Below, piece after piece: positions 1 through 14,781 of a stretch of DNA of 64,000 bases. Location: assembly GCF_037042905.1 (NCBI RefSeq), contig NC_087245.1, positions 10,046,001 to 10,110,000 of the forward strand. Direction: 5' to 3'. A program made the position numbers and the translations under genes. How positions within the stretch are numbered: position 1 is the first letter of the stretch; each line of letters starts with the position of its first letter. This stretch comes from Lytechinus pictus (Eukaryota). The notes beneath the pieces are model-generated. The model had not been told where the DNA came from. It did no database searches and worked only from the letters and a program-made list of their open reading frames with translations.

Positions 1-2819
1 TCAGGTTGATGTTACTTTACCCATAAAAAGCACCCAAATCAAAACATGCAATACCATTCATTATTCAGTGTTGAAAATAACACTTGAACTTGTGACTTGC
101 TAAAAATGTTGTCTTGGTCTTGAAATCTAAAAGAGTGGTAAATCTAAAATGATAAATCCAAGGGTAACAGGTGGCAGTCTGAGTATGAGATGAGTGATGG
201 ATAGAGGTTGTAGTGAGACAACAGGAAGCTAATGGGGATTGGGGTGGGGTAGGGGGATCATACAGCTCAGGAAGGAGGGATCAATCAGTCACCTCCTCGT
301 GGAGGTCAAGGGTCATTCTTCCGATTGTTTGATCAGCAATGACTTCTATACATACACAGGTTGAATGTGCCTACATGTCCACTTGCACCCCATGCTATTT
401 GTGTTTTGTCAATTGCCATTATTATTTTATCAACAATAATTGATGGAGGAAGAGAATGCTTACTGGCTGCAAATGCCATTATGTTCCAAACTGATTCATT
501 AAATAATAAAAAAAACGATAACATTTTCAAAATTTTGTAGGGCACTTTATATGGGTGAGATACAATAATTTGTGTTTATATTTGTCTATTGCATGTAATG
601 GAAGTTGTTGGTCATAATTCGCTCTCTACAGTTAGAACATGAAAATTAGGATTCTATTGACAATTTTCACTTGAGGCAACTCCCATGATAACTTCTAATT
701 TGTTTTCAATGGAATTGCTGTTTTGGTAAAGCCAAGGTTATAATGATATAGGAGGTTTCTACCAAGTAAGGTGATTTCTACAAAAATGTTTGCTGGCAAA
801 TTTGGAGACCCGACTTAACTGTTAACAAAAGTGAGACATTCACAGAGAATTCTCTTCCACAAAAATTGCAGATTTAATAATAATGATATGTGCCCCCTGG
901 AATAGTACAAATGTACACTTATAAATGTGTGTACATACATACACTGTAAGCCGTTTACAGTATGAAATATTGAATTAAAGTAATTAGTGTTCACACATTC
1001 AATAAATACTTTGGATATTTATAGCTAAGTTTTTTAAATATTATTCCTTCCTTTCTTTTGTTTTATGTTTGTTTAATAACAGTACATTGAATTGAAACAG
1101 TAGTCTATAAAGCATTAATATCAAGGATTTGTCTATGTTCTTCAGTTGAGATTGACATTTGACCTTTAACCTGACCTCACCTGTTATCCTTCTGTTTCAT
1201 GAAGATGGTGTTTCAATCATATTTCATAGCAGCTGTTTTTTTTTAAACTTGTGATGTTGATTCCAGAAGGAGCAGCATACATGTACATTAACAAATATTT
1301 TCAGTGAGAGTAACCAATATTCCTAGTATGATGCCAAGTCTTTATTCTTGTGTGAGTGTGAGATTAAAACAAATGTTTCTTCCAAAATTCCATATTTTTC
1401 ATCATTGTGTTTTCATTTTTGATGAATAAGCATTTATGAATGTAACACCCTATCCTATCCTCTACTGTCATAAGTGAAAAAAATGATTTTGTGTTTTGTT
1501 ATAATTCTCTTTTGAAGTCAGAAAGATGATGTTCTTACATGGAGTTCTTTGATTTTTTAATTGGTTATGGATTGCTTGTTGTCATGGAAAACAACTGATT
1601 TTTGTGTTGATTTGTGTAGATTTCAAGATTCACCTCTTCCACATCCCTGCTGGGTTTGTTTCGAGACCTGTCATCTGTTGAATGATGTTATATCCTGATT
1701 GCACAAAGGTCAAATCATGACTACTTGTTGTTCTCATGTGTTGATGCATACCTACATGTACATCTATGCACATTGGAGAATTTTATTTTTCTTCACAAGA
1801 TCAGTAATATCATTTGCATAACCAGGGAATCCACAATTTCTAAGCAATACCCAAGGAACTTCAAGCTCCTTGGCATAACTACTGTAAACCTAGAAAGATT
1901 TTTTGAAGGCCTATGTATATACGTGTAGGGCCTACAGTTCTGACAAAAACAATTTTTAACAAATTCTTTATTACATAATTTACCGGCAAACATTTTTTTT
2001 CAAATTCATCCACTAAGATGTGATGTACTCTACTGTAGATTTTCAGACGAGATGTTATTGTAACAGAGTTAGAATTAGTTTACAAATCCAAGTTTTTATA
2101 TTGTCAGGTCGTAGCAATGTAGAATTAGTGTTTACATGTAGGTATAAGATATTGGGGGCCTCATTTACTTATCAGCGGTTTTAATATATTTTCATGATTT
2201 GTATGATTTCTGTACCAGTAGCTGGTACATGCTTTTACGATCGTAACTTTGTATTGAGAATAGGAGTCCAGTAGCATAATTCCATTCATACTGCCTGGCT
2301 AGGTCCAGTGAATCTATAGTGATCGTAACGACTAGCTTTCAATGCGAGTTAGAATTGATGCTTCAGCTGGCGCCACTATTCCATTTCATTGCATTGGCTG
2401 TGTCTCCCCTCGTTTCCTCAATTAGTTGTAGTGACAGTCTCGGCCCAATGTAGATATGTGTGTATGCTCTTCTCTACTGGATCCCTCATCCCAGAGGGCA
2501 GTCAACTAAAATGTACAGCTGGATTCTATTAATATTTATTTTGTTTATCAATCATACATGTAAATGTACTACTGTCCCGGTACTTTGAAAGCCAAGACAA
2601 GACGTAGCAAAAAAATGATTACAATGCCTTTGTGATCTTTATCTTTTATTATGCCCATATAATATATATTTATATTATTAATACTAACATGCCCCCCCCC
2701 CCCTTTTTTTACACACTTAGTTTTTATTTGCTCCACAATGAAGCATGGGGTTTGCAGACTTTGTTTGCATATTCGTTGCTCCTTCTGATTTTCAACCCCC
2801 ACAATATTTACTGTATTTT

Positions 2820-2913
2820 ATATATACATGTATATACATATATATATAATATATTATATATAATATATTATATATATATGTATATAATATATTATTATAT
2901 ATAATATATAATA
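2820..2913. repeat. (TA)n-rich microsatellite
   Basis: Imperfect TA/TAA run, seen directly. Confidence 0.95.
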
Positions 2914-5900
2914 ATCAGGTGAATGTAGGCCTACACGTTGCCCAATCATAAAATTAATCCCTTATACATCCTTCACATTTGCTCTACGGCGGAGTAGAAA
3001 ACAGCCGTTTATTCATTTTTTTTCTTCAAACCACCTACATGTACTGTAGCTATGACAAAAAATGTTAAATGAAAATATAAAGCAGCATCTGGAGCTGGAT
3101 TTTTAAAATTACACAACTTATTTGGGAAACCGCAGATTTTTTGGCAATTTCACATGGAAATGCAGGATTTTTCTGAACATTGCCATCTGATTTTATACAA
3201 AAGAGTTACTTTAACCATAGCTTGGGCGATTTTAAGGTTTCTTAAAAGCCAGCAAACATTTGTGATTATCATTAATTACCACCAAAAGTTGATACACAGA
3301 GCTATCAAGTGAGTGTTGAAAAGGATAGCCAAGAATATTCATTGAATATTAATGTTCCCAGTTCCCGCAGTCAGTCTGTCTGTCTCCACTGTGCTACAAC
3401 TTTTTATTCCATTCTCTCTTTCACTTTACCCATTGCTCTTTAATGGAGAGAGTAGCTAGCAGCGATCATTGTTCTATTGTAACATTTCCGGTGCCAGCAG
3501 ACAAGCAAGTGTGATTCTATCATTAATGGTCTTCATTACCGACTGGATAAAAAAAAAATCTTGCAAGGAATATGATATCCAAGCTGCCTGGAATATCATG
3601 TCATTTCCAATCCATGTTTGGTTATCTTAACATTATCGGATCCACATTGTTTGTGTCACTTTATCGCTTTCATATGATTTGATTGGAGATGAGAATTGAA
3701 TCTTCATTCCAAAGAATCCATAAACAGTAAAAAAAAAAATTGGATGCTATTGTAGTTGCACAATGGATCTAGTACAGATGATACTTGACAAGAGGATTAC
3801 TGTTCTATGTCTTCTTATTTTTGTTGTTGTGGATTGTTTACCCACCCAGATGCCCAAGTGTAAGTAGAACATCATACTTTTCATTCAGAATATTGAATAT
3901 GTACAATACAACAACAAAAAACTACCCCAAATCGTATACCGAGAAAACATTTTTTTCTGTTCTGTTATTTTGTTGGTAGGTGTATATTAAGGCCTGCATG
4001 TGTAGTAAATTTTTCTTTTTCTTTTTAAAAATATTTTTGTTAATTGAAAAGCGAAAATAGACTACTTGTCCAGCTGTCAGGTGTTTCTTTATACATGTAA
4101 TACTAAAGACTAGTAAAGAGCCATGATATACTGTCCATTTAGGGTCCAACTAGAAATCATTTAAAAGTATTGATTGTGTGGATAAGATGTTGAAGGAATG
4201 GAATCAGGAGGGTTGATTGGTGTAAAGGGGGGAAAGAAAGTTGAGCTTATGGTGTGTATGCACAGGTGGTCCCTCACAGCCTATCTGGGTCATGTTTGAC
4301 AAGTAAACTGCCCCATCATTCAAGAATACATGTCCATCATTCAACACAATGTAATGGGCTTGATGATAGATGCTTATCGCTACAATGTAGTCCCATCTAC
4401 TTTTAAAGGGCCGATGCATTTCCATGAAGCATCTAGTCGGTGATCTTCACTGACAAAGTTTCTCCTAGCCAATGAGATGCAAAGATTTCAGTAGCTTATA
4501 ACAAACAGTCTATAAAAGTCACAGTTTACAAATTGTTTCATGAAATGCTACCGATATGTACATGTAGGCCTATAAAAAAGTGGTAAAAATTCATAAAGAA
4601 TGCACAACTGATATCATACTTGTAACAAAAGATGGTTACTTGCATGCTTTTCTTGTATTAATTAATCTGTAGTGACTAATTTCTTTGATTATTTAATAGG
4701 GTCTGCATACATGTAATATGCTATTGAATTGCACAAAAATAGACAAGAGCAAGGTCTTTCCAGTGATTTTTCTGCTTTTTCTATGTATGGAGAATAAAAT
4801 GTGATTCACTTGTTTTCCAAGAGTAATGGTATGTATCCTTTTCCTATATCATTCATAAGCATGTGCCTGTACATATCCATGATTTGTACTGATTCTAATG
4901 ACGCAGGAAATAATGATAGATTCCTTTAAGCACCTCCTACTACAATCTACAATGTAATTTCCTTTGGATGTTTATGAGGTTAATATTGACCCATCTTTGT
5001 CTATACACTCAAGATAATGCAACTGGGTTCTGCTTTCATTAGAAAATAATGAAAAAAAAAGTTCCTTCAAATACACCATGTTGAATCAAGGGGTCTAAAT
5101 TGTGTTTGTTGGGTCTTGACCTTGGTTCTGTATGATGTGTGCACTAACCAAACTCAAAATTATCCTCTCTCAAATATGAAGGAATCACATTTGATTTTTA
5201 AATTCCACCTCTTTAAATGAAATTCATTAAAGTGGTATTGTACAAAGTATGCAATATATCCCCCTCATAAATATGAATGAAGGATACAATCTTTATATAG
5301 ACTACATATTAAAATTATTCCTTGTTCAATCATTCAAATTTATATACCCTACATATACATGTATGTATTTATTGGTCATTGAATTTGCACCCTATGCTTT
5401 TAGATTTAAACATATAATAATAAATTTACATGTAAAATTGTTAAGTATGGAAATGTTATGGAAGATTCAGAGAATTGAAGGGGATAAAATCTGGAACTAA
5501 CACACATTTCTACATACTGTATATTCCAATGCCAAGAATATTTTCCAATGAATAAAGTGTTTGTGTGAACACGGAGTAACCTGTTTGCCAGGACTTCTCC
5601 AATTCTATCACACCTTAGTTGCTGAGTTCCTGTGTAAATTGAAAACTTCAACCAATGAGGGCAACTCTAGCTAGTCTTGTATCTCTGACCTTATTGAAAT
5701 CCCTGCACACTCTCAGATCGTCACATAAATTCTCATGGCTCTCATCACCAGGGCTTTTGTGAAAGTTTTGCCTTTGATAAACATATTCATGTTATGAAGT
5801 ATGATCATGGAAGAATATCAACTGTATGTTGTAGGATTTTTAATTTGAAAGCGATGACAACATACATTTACATGTAGCTGTGATTTTTGTTTTTGTCAAC

Positions 5901-6199
5901 CGAGTTTACTTTGAAGATGTGACTTAAAAATTAAAAAGAATTAAAAAAAATCCATTTAATTCATTAACAGCTTGAGAATATTTGTAATGTTTAAAGATAC
6001 AAGTATAGATTAGAAATACATGTGCCAGACAAAATCTCTATTTTGTTGAGTTTTGATACTGAAGGTCTGAACACCATAGACTAGTTGTACTGTAAATGAG
6101 AGTGTATGGGCAGTCATGTCATTGTGAGGAAGGGACCATTTAGTGAGTTAGCGAGGGTTAGGTCATGTGGTCTTATTAGAGTATGGGACTTGTTTGCAG

Positions 6200-6321
6200 G
6201 TTTTATCCTATGGGATTCTTCTCTTGTTCACCATTCTTCAGCTTTTATCTCAATATCTACTGAGGATTTTTACTCTTTTTGGATTTTACCATCATGAGTT
6301 TGCCTGGTCACCTTACAGGCG
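6200..6321 (+). other. Candidate upstream (5'UTR or first coding) exon of the ALK1/2 gene
   Basis: Acceptor tgtttgcAG at 6198-6199 and consensus donor G|GTGAGT at 6322. ATG 6294 (A at -3) gives MSLPGHLTG ending in phase 1. Confidence 0.4.
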
Positions 6322-9300
6322 GTGAGTTTTATGCATTTTTGGCTTTGTTATGTTTTTCATCTTTTTATTAGCATCTTTCATTTGAAGGCATCACAGCTTC
6401 ATTGGTGAAAAGGTGTTTGAAATTAAGGCAAATCTGGCAAATAATTAAAAATGTTTTTATGCATTTAATTTGCATTTCGAGTTTGATGGATATCACTCCA
6501 AGTATACTTGTACCGGTAATACACGCTTTCTGAAAATCAAATTCACTTCAAAATGCCAACACTTTCGAATAGCAGACATCAATCATAGTCTCTCTGAAAA
6601 TTTTCCTGATGCTTTTCCTGTTCAATTATTTTACCAATTTGCATGTTTTTGGATGCTTTTGAGAAAGTGAGCATAGAAGTATAGTTTTCAATATACTGTA
6701 TGACATTCTTGAAATTCCTTTCATTCAATATAGAGTTTTCTTACTTGTAGGCCAATTTCTAATCTGTTTGTTGAATTGATTAATGACACAAGAATGCCTT
6801 TTGATGTTCTCCATGTACATGTATCTGTTGGTTTTAAAATGTTTTTAAATTATACCGATGAAAAGTTGAATACTTTCACAGAGACAAGATGATGTATTGC
6901 ATGGATTTTCCTACAAATTACATTCAGTATCTTCTTTCTACCCCAATGGCTTTCGTCTATTCCGATCAAGTCTTGAATCTTGGAAGTTTCTGGCATTCTT
7001 CCTGAACTTCTCTCTAATGAAGAAGAAAAGGATTTGGGTTAAGAGCTTTGAGAGATCCACCCACTAGTTCCTGATAGGGTGCAGTCCCAATCCCTGCTAA
7101 GTTAAGATATCAAAACTACATCGTGCAGCGTTGTTTGTACTAGGACTTCAATCCCAACTTTCTTCACTTGAAAATCTGCGGATAAAACTTCAGGAGGAAG
7201 ATTGATGAAGGAATTCGTTTGTATGGTGATTTAAAGGAGACGTTCTTCTGCAAATCAAGATGAATATGCTCACAATCTGAAGTAGTCAGCAGTTTGAAGT
7301 TATGCTTGGTGGGGTAAAAAATGTTTGTAGTTACAAGAAGTTATTTATAAAATGTTGGTGTGGCTTTGATATTTTCATAGCTAGAAAAAAGATGGGGTGA
7401 TTTCTAGGATTAGATGGTATTGAACACTAATATTTTTCAAATGCTTTTTATAAAATCAAGTTCTTAATAGCAAAATCCCTTTTCTGTGAAGTAAGGAACG
7501 AATGAATGTGATTAGTATCTGATTTACTGTACATGTACATGTAGGCTATCTCGATATGAAAACTATGCTCTTCCCTTTGTTTTCTCAAATAGCATTCTCA
7601 TGGTGCATTTTGAGCACTGCTGATTTGTTTTTGAAGTTATGCTTTATTATTTTGTATTAGACTCAACACAAAATAGAGGAATTCCCTACTTCTAAGCTTC
7701 TAAACGTCCTTTTATTTATCTAGTACTTGTATCACCTGTTCAAACTGAGAATAGAAATGAATTGGCGATGTGTACAATAACTGGTAATGTACTGTGGAAG
7801 TTTATTCTACATGTATTTGGACTACAATTTTTTCTTGGTTACTTTTAAAGTGAAATTTTACTTTATGGATTGTCACCATCTATGCTGGAGTGAACCAATA
7901 TTTGGGATATTGATAACAAGGCAAGTGACTTTCTATACCATATTTCAATTCCATAATCTATTAGGGGCCCTTTTTCACAAATGTTCAAACATTTTTTTAT
8001 TGTAACCTTCCTTGTATCATGAAGTATTACTGCAATCTTGATTTTTAATGAAGTTTATTGTTTGAGAGATCCTCTATCTTTCATACATGTACCTCATGGC
8101 TTGTTGAAGTTTATGCGCATATTTATCCATCTGTCCCTGTAAACCTACCCTGTAGGGGGGTTGAACACCAGCAAGTAAACTCTCCTAATTGCGTCTTTCA
8201 TCGAGGGACTTGTTTCTCTCAAGCTGTGTGCACTGTACTCTAGCCTTTCTTCAAGGGTTGTGTCTTTGAACATACATGTAGTAATGCCTTCAAATGTTTC
8301 TTTAGTATGATATGTAAAACAAAAAAATGGCCCTTTATAAAGCATTTATTGTTGGAGCTGGTCAGTGCAGAATCCTTGGATAAAAAAAAATGCTTAATTT
8401 ATCATTACCGGTACCTTTTATAGGCTTTTAATCTTTAAAATGAATTATGATTTGAGCATGGTGTTCATCAGTTTTAACACAAAGAAAGGGTTGAGAATTT
8501 CAGAGGTAGGCCTACACAATGTACAGCCATCTAGCTCCATGGTACAGTATTTTCATTTTGTTTGATAATTCTATATTAACACACCTGTACTTTTCAGTGT
8601 ATGATCAATACAACTCAAGAAGTACATGGAAGTATCCACCAGAAAGGGTTTATGGCACCTCATGAACAAAACCAGGGCAAGCTTGGGTATAAATAAACAC
8701 AATTCTTGTATATTATGTACGATTGAGTATAGAGCTCTGTGCTTTTTAAATGGAATGGTAAATATTATTGTTGCTCTTCTTCTTATTGTACATGTACATG
8801 TAGTAGAGACATTGTTGAATCTTTATCATTCTCTGCATGCCTCTGGTACATGTTGATGAACACCAAACTTGCTTGTCTATGACGTACATGTAGACTGCAT
8901 TTTACAATGTCTAAATCTTAAAAGAAACAAATCAAAAAGCATAATACTTGAAAGTACTGCTTTCATGTGCCTTGGACTTTGAGAACAAAAATCCTGAAGC
9001 TACTCAGATAGTACCTTTTTTTATGAAAATAATCGGCTGCAAGTACATCAGAATCCTTCAGATTCAGGTTTGGTTTAAGTCCATACATATATTTCTGAGA
9101 GTACACTGTACAATGTAGTAGGTGTCATCATGAGTGTTCAAAATGAGTTACGTAATGAGGCTAGAACACTAATTGATAAATGAGAATTGATCCATCATCA
9201 CTATCTATACCTCTATAGGTGTGTTCATTGAGGTAACAGGCGGCTAATATGTGACTTCAAGTATGTCATTGAGCATCGGTGTAAAAAAGTGACATGTACA

Positions 9301-11897
9301 TGTAGTCTCTCTTGTATATCTCTGGCAATTTGGAAAAAAAACGTTTTTATTGACCCCTTCATCTGGACATCGAAGAATCACAAAGTATATTTTGTCCATG
9401 AGAAGTGTAATGTTGTCAAGTGATTACAGCATCATGTCTCTGTAACCTTTCATTCCTGTGTCTAAAATCCTCTTAGACCAGGTGTGAGTGTTTTATTGAC
9501 CCATTGGACCAATGAATGGGGGCTTCTTGGGAATCTTGGCACCTATCCACCAAGCTCTCCTCCCTCTATTGTTCCTTCTCATGGCCCTTTCTGACCCAGC
9601 GTAAACACTTCAAATCACTTTGCAATTCGAAGGATATATGCCTTATATCTATGTGCTGTCCAAGTCAAGATATATAAATAGCATCTTTTGCTTGCAAGCC
9701 CTTAAAGCTCTGCAATCTGGCAAACCATCAGGATCACACAGACAACTAAACTAGGGGTTTGTCAGATTCAACTGAACAATAAAGAAAAATAGTAGTTTTT
9801 TTTTCTTCATCTAAATCTGTATACCAAGGGGGTGGGGGGGGGGGGGGGGGGTCAAAACCTTAGCCTCTACCATTAATGCTGATTAGAAGAAAAACATTTC
9901 AAGTAAAGAAAATCATGTACATGTATCATGCAGAAATTGTTCAAGATGCAACATGTTTCTGAATCCTATATTTTTTTTGCAGATTGGTAACTAACTACAA
10001 GCACTAGGTAGGTTCCCTAGAGCATGTGGTGATGGTGACCATATAGCATAGATCTACATCTGCATTCCTACAGCATGATATTGGTTTACAATGTATTAGA
10101 ACAATGTATGCTCTCTATTGAAAGCTTCTGAGTAGGTGTACATGTGTATCTTTGAGGATGTAGGTCTACTGTATAGTCATCAAGCAAAAGATAAGCCTTG
10201 AATAGACAATGGAGAGTAGGAAGTACTGAAGATTCTGCAACCATCCCTCAACAATGGGTGGGATATCACCTGTATTGAAGAGTTTGCTTCAATGAGAGCC
10301 CAGACACCTCTTGTCATTGATGAGCAAGGATTAGTATACCTTGAGTCAACATCTTTGTTGAGGACAGGGTATCCTCGAAGCTGAATGAATGCATCAACCC
10401 TCTGGTGTATGGTCATAGGAAGGAAACCTATGTGAGTGGGTGAATTGTCACCAACATGGAGGGAGCATGTGCTGAACAATGGTTTCAGAGCTTAATAGTG
10501 ATGAGAAGTGTCTTTATTCTCAAGACTCTGCCATCTTTTCAAATTCCTTTATATTTAGTTGTTCAATTGCTTATTAATAATCCCTTATTCCAGTCTGTCC
10601 AAGATATGTTGAATGCTCCTTTTTGGCTTCTGTCATTATGAATATGTGCATGGACGCACCATGTATGCGCATTTGCTGTTTAATATCCGATAACTATCGT
10701 GAATAGCATTCATTCATGTACATTAGCCCATTTGTATTCATGCGCACAGCAGGCATATGGCATCCTGTTTTAATACGTAATGCCGTTGGCGACAAATCCG
10801 TTCATTTGAGGAAACAGGATTGTAAATGGGATCTTTTTCCATCCTGCCTTTGGGCTGTGCATTAGCTTTCACTCAGTGTGTTTGGCTCCAGTGTGTTTCT
10901 TGCATCTGGGAGCTATAGTTAGCCAGATTTAGGTGGCAAGATGTGGAGGGGAAAATTGAAAGAAAAAAATGAAAAGCTGAGGTCATTGGCTTCAAATCAA
11001 TTTAAAGGCTGTTTTGGGTGTTTATAGCATGGTAACCTGAGATACTTAAGCTACAAGTCTGTTTTGGATAGATTTCCTATAATTGCCAAATTCAAGTTCT
11101 GCAAGAACACTTGAACTGTCCTCCAGACAGAAATGAGATCTTATAATGCTTCAAAATTTCTTACACAAAATGGTGTGTAATACCACAGATCTATTGGGAT
11201 TTTTACACAAAAATGCCTCTATGTGAATTCTTGCTATATGACTTAAATCTTGAATCACATGTAAGACTTCAATATCCTTATGTGTTTATACAAACGAATG
11301 AAGTTATTTTTTTTCACAAAATGCTTGTACCCTTTTACAATATCACTATTGTGGTTCTACAAACCTGAACTAGTTCAACTGCAGATGACATATCCTGAGG
11401 TGTATTAGGGGATCTAAATTGAATATGAGTATTGATTTTGATGATGCATCATGAGTTTTAAGTATGATCAATTTTATTAGACCTGTTTCACATAACACTA
11501 TGCAACTCCCTATCACATCTAAATAATGCATCAGTTTACATGTAGTAGCAATATAGTGTGAATTACATAAATGTTTAATTTGTATGAAGACCTGCATATG
11601 TAGAGATCCATGTGCAAGGGTACATCAAGATTTTCCACAATTGATCTCACTCCATGTATAATTAGGGTGGTGTGTTTTTTGGGGGGCAAGGCAAAGCAAA
11701 AATATATTATTTGGGGTATTTTCATGAAGCTGTCCATAACTTACGTATGATTTTACCAATGACTGGTGATCTTACTGTAAATATCCAAATATTTATTGTT
11801 GATTTAGCTCTCTAGAAAGGGTCACCAGTAAAGTCTTTTGTGAATTCATCCATTTGTCACTTGTAACTGTATGAACAGCTTCATAAAATACACACCT

Positions 11898-12171
11898 GGG
11901 CCCCGTCCGTCTTTAGACTCTTACAAAGAGTTACCATTGATCCAATCAACCACAACTATAGAAAGCCAGCAACGTCAACATCGAAAACTCACGTTTAATC
12001 AAAACATTTTCTAGATATGATGTCTCTATCATAGTTTTCTTGAAAATTCAGTGTGTTTCTCTTTGTCTACAAAGGACATAGTGCAAATTTCCTGAAGAAA
12101 AAATTATGATGTTGATGGATTTCCATATACGATCGATGGGATTAATCATAACTCTTTGAAAGACGGGGCCC
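11898..12171. mobile_element. MITE family A (GGGCCCCGTC..TTACAAAGAGTT TIR), copy 1
   Basis: Inverted termini gggccccgtc / gacggggccc; body alignable to 15378-15642 and, inverted, to 51129-51364. Confidence 0.8.
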
Positions 12172-14700
12172 CAGGAAGGCCTGAACAAGTTCTTAAAATG
12201 TTTGAGATATGATCATGTACTGTACTGTAGTTCAAAGATCTTGTTGCTAGAAACTAGGAGTGGTCACTCATTCATCAACAGAAGTAGCCAGAGTGGTTGG
12301 TCAAGAAGAGATTGGTCACAGGAAATGAAGGAATTGACACAAGGAAATGGTCAAATGAGTTTGTCCATGTAGGGTCAGCCAAACTTGGTGATCAAGAAAG
12401 ATTCTTTGGAACAAGTGGGTAGACTGCAGAGGGAAAAGAGGGAGTGGTTCATTAGAGATGCACTATGTAGAAATAATTCTTAAATAACAGTTTATTAAAC
12501 CCATTCTTCATGTCAGCTGTCACCGTTAGAATTTTCATATCAATACTGTTCAGCATGGAAAATGATTGTTAAGCTGGGGAATGTGAAGAAAGTTTGGGGG
12601 TTCACCAAATTGTACAAGTGCAATATACATGTAGGGGGGGGGGGGGCTACACAGTATATCAAGTTTAATAGAATGCCAAATGTACTGATAAGTTTTTCTT
12701 GGAATAGTTCTGAAGCATCAATAGCATGTGTGAAGATGGATATTCTTTACTTTCAATTAAATTCCAGTTAAACTGCATCAGGTGTCAAGCTCTAATGATC
12801 TGCTATTTTGCCAAGAGTAATCATGGTTGTTGACAAAGACTGAACACATTTCTTTGTATTTCAATTAAATGTTTAATGGCTTGGGCCTTGAGTAGGTTAA
12901 GTCTTTGATTAGATGATGTAACGGCTAATTGATGCTTTCATGACTTGTTCATTATGAGCATCATTACTATTGAGAAGGATGCGAACATTGGGGCAAAAAA
13001 AGCTTCTGATCTTTGGTTGAAATCCTGTCCATGAGCAAGACCCAATTGATTAGATTCTCACCAAATGTTTCAACAGGAAATGAATGTTGACAGGTTTTGG
13101 CTTGATCTCTTTGGTTCTGCTGTGGTGCGTTTCATGAAGAGTTATGTCAATTATTTTCGCTGACAGATGTTACAAGCTACTGAAAACTCTCCCATCTGAT
13201 TGACTGAAAGCAAAAAGTAGGAGAAAATCGCTCGCAAATCTTTTCATGAAACCCCCTCCGGATGACTAGATGAATCCTCGATGGCATGTGGATGTACAGA
13301 CAGCCTTGTAGGCTGTGAGAGCATGATGTTAACCCTCTCATTCTTTAGTCTTGAGTAGCACATTATTCAGATGGGATGCTACAGGTTAAGGAGCATTTCA
13401 TCAGAGAAGGAGATACACAACAGATGGAACACATATGTTCCTATGTTGGTTGGCTTAAAGCGATCCCCTTATTTCTGATTTCAGGGTATAATGTACAGTA
13501 TAGAATATTTCATTTGTATTTCAGGAAAAAGTAGAAATAAAAGAGAAGACAGACTCTACCCAAACTGCTCACTTTTATAGTCTTGGTATTCAATATAAAA
13601 ATTATTTAAAGAAAAATAATTACTTACGTACTACAATTGGCACTGTACTTTGAAATGCATATATATTACAGTATATACTTTACCAATTTCTTTTCATCCC
13701 ACATTCACTACATTAGCTTTTTAAACAAAAAATGCTGGAATAAGAGATATATGACTGTTGCCAATTTGAAGATTGAAAGCTTGAAATAATCCATCGTGCT
13801 TGATGAGATACACTGTCACAAGTGTTAGAAGAGGAGCAAGCACGTTGTTGCTCATGATGGTAATAGGTTTAGACATAAGGTGTGATGATGTACCTGATTC
13901 ATGTCATTTTACACTACCCTCTAAATTATCTTTGACAGCTTTGTCATAGATGATGACTTGCTAGTTTTCATGTGCCATTCTCCAATCCATGTTTACATTA
14001 CACGTTGAGTATGAAACCATGCAGATGCTACCCCCAAAATTGTGTGATAATATTTAGATTAAAAACTGAATCACACGTGAATACCTTCAACCAATCATGG
14101 CTTATTATTTGACGAGGATCTTGAAGTTCCTTGTGTAATATAGCTGATGGACAGAGGAAAAAAGTGCAAGTGGGCAAGTGGCAATTTTAATCCAAATAAA
14201 AAAAAAACAGCTCTTGAAAATAGCAAGAGAGCCCAAATATATTATTGGGTTTGATACAAAATGTAATTTGAACAAAAAATGCTGTCATGCAAAGTAAAGC
14301 CAAGTTTTGTTTTTTCTCAGCAGGGTACACATAACAATGGCATTCATCCAGTATTTTACAATAAAATTATGGTGTATTATAAATCTGTTGGCAGGGTTGT
14401 GATTTATTTATTACATTTTTTGTGTTTTTGACATGTACATAATATTAGTGATTATATGTTATTACCTTGGCAACACAATTAGGAACTTTCATCCATTATC
14501 CACAATATCACACGTTTGTGTTTACTGTTTTCACAATGGTCACTATCAATTTATCTGATAGCATGTTGAAATCTGATTTTCTTTGTTAGATATTAATTGT
14601 TTCGTCAACCGTTGAAATGTGATCATGAGACTTTACTTACATGTAGCTGTATTTATCCAAATTTGTTGAAAAGTCATAATGTCATGTTTTATTTGACAGT

Positions 14701-14770
14701 ATGAAGGATATGGATACATTATTACATTTATTGCTAGTTTTGCTACATCTTACAATGACCTTTAACCATT
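14701..14770 (+). CDS. ACVR1: Candidate signal-peptide segment of ALK1/2 (MKDMDTLLHLLLVLLHLTMTFNH), out of frame with the adjacent ectodomain as assembled
   Basis: ATG lies 1 nt after an acceptor (ttttatttgacAG, 14698-14699). Leu-rich h-region. Sits directly upstream of the ectodomain-coding sequence. Confidence 0.55.
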
Positions 14771-14781
14771 GTATGTTTCAG

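Noticed and set aside
2368..2375. TGGCGCCA as a BMP-responsive element
   Set aside because: Lacks the GTCT half-site 5 nt downstream that defines the canonical composite element.
4833..4841. GTATCCTTT as a U12 donor, paired with a cctttaac branch-like motif near 14759
   Set aside because: No credible exon upstream of it; a single 9-mer can occur by chance.
10180..10479. 99-aa ORF on - and a shorter open stretch on +
   Set aside because: No recognisable domain, no convincing splice sites or phase link to either gene.
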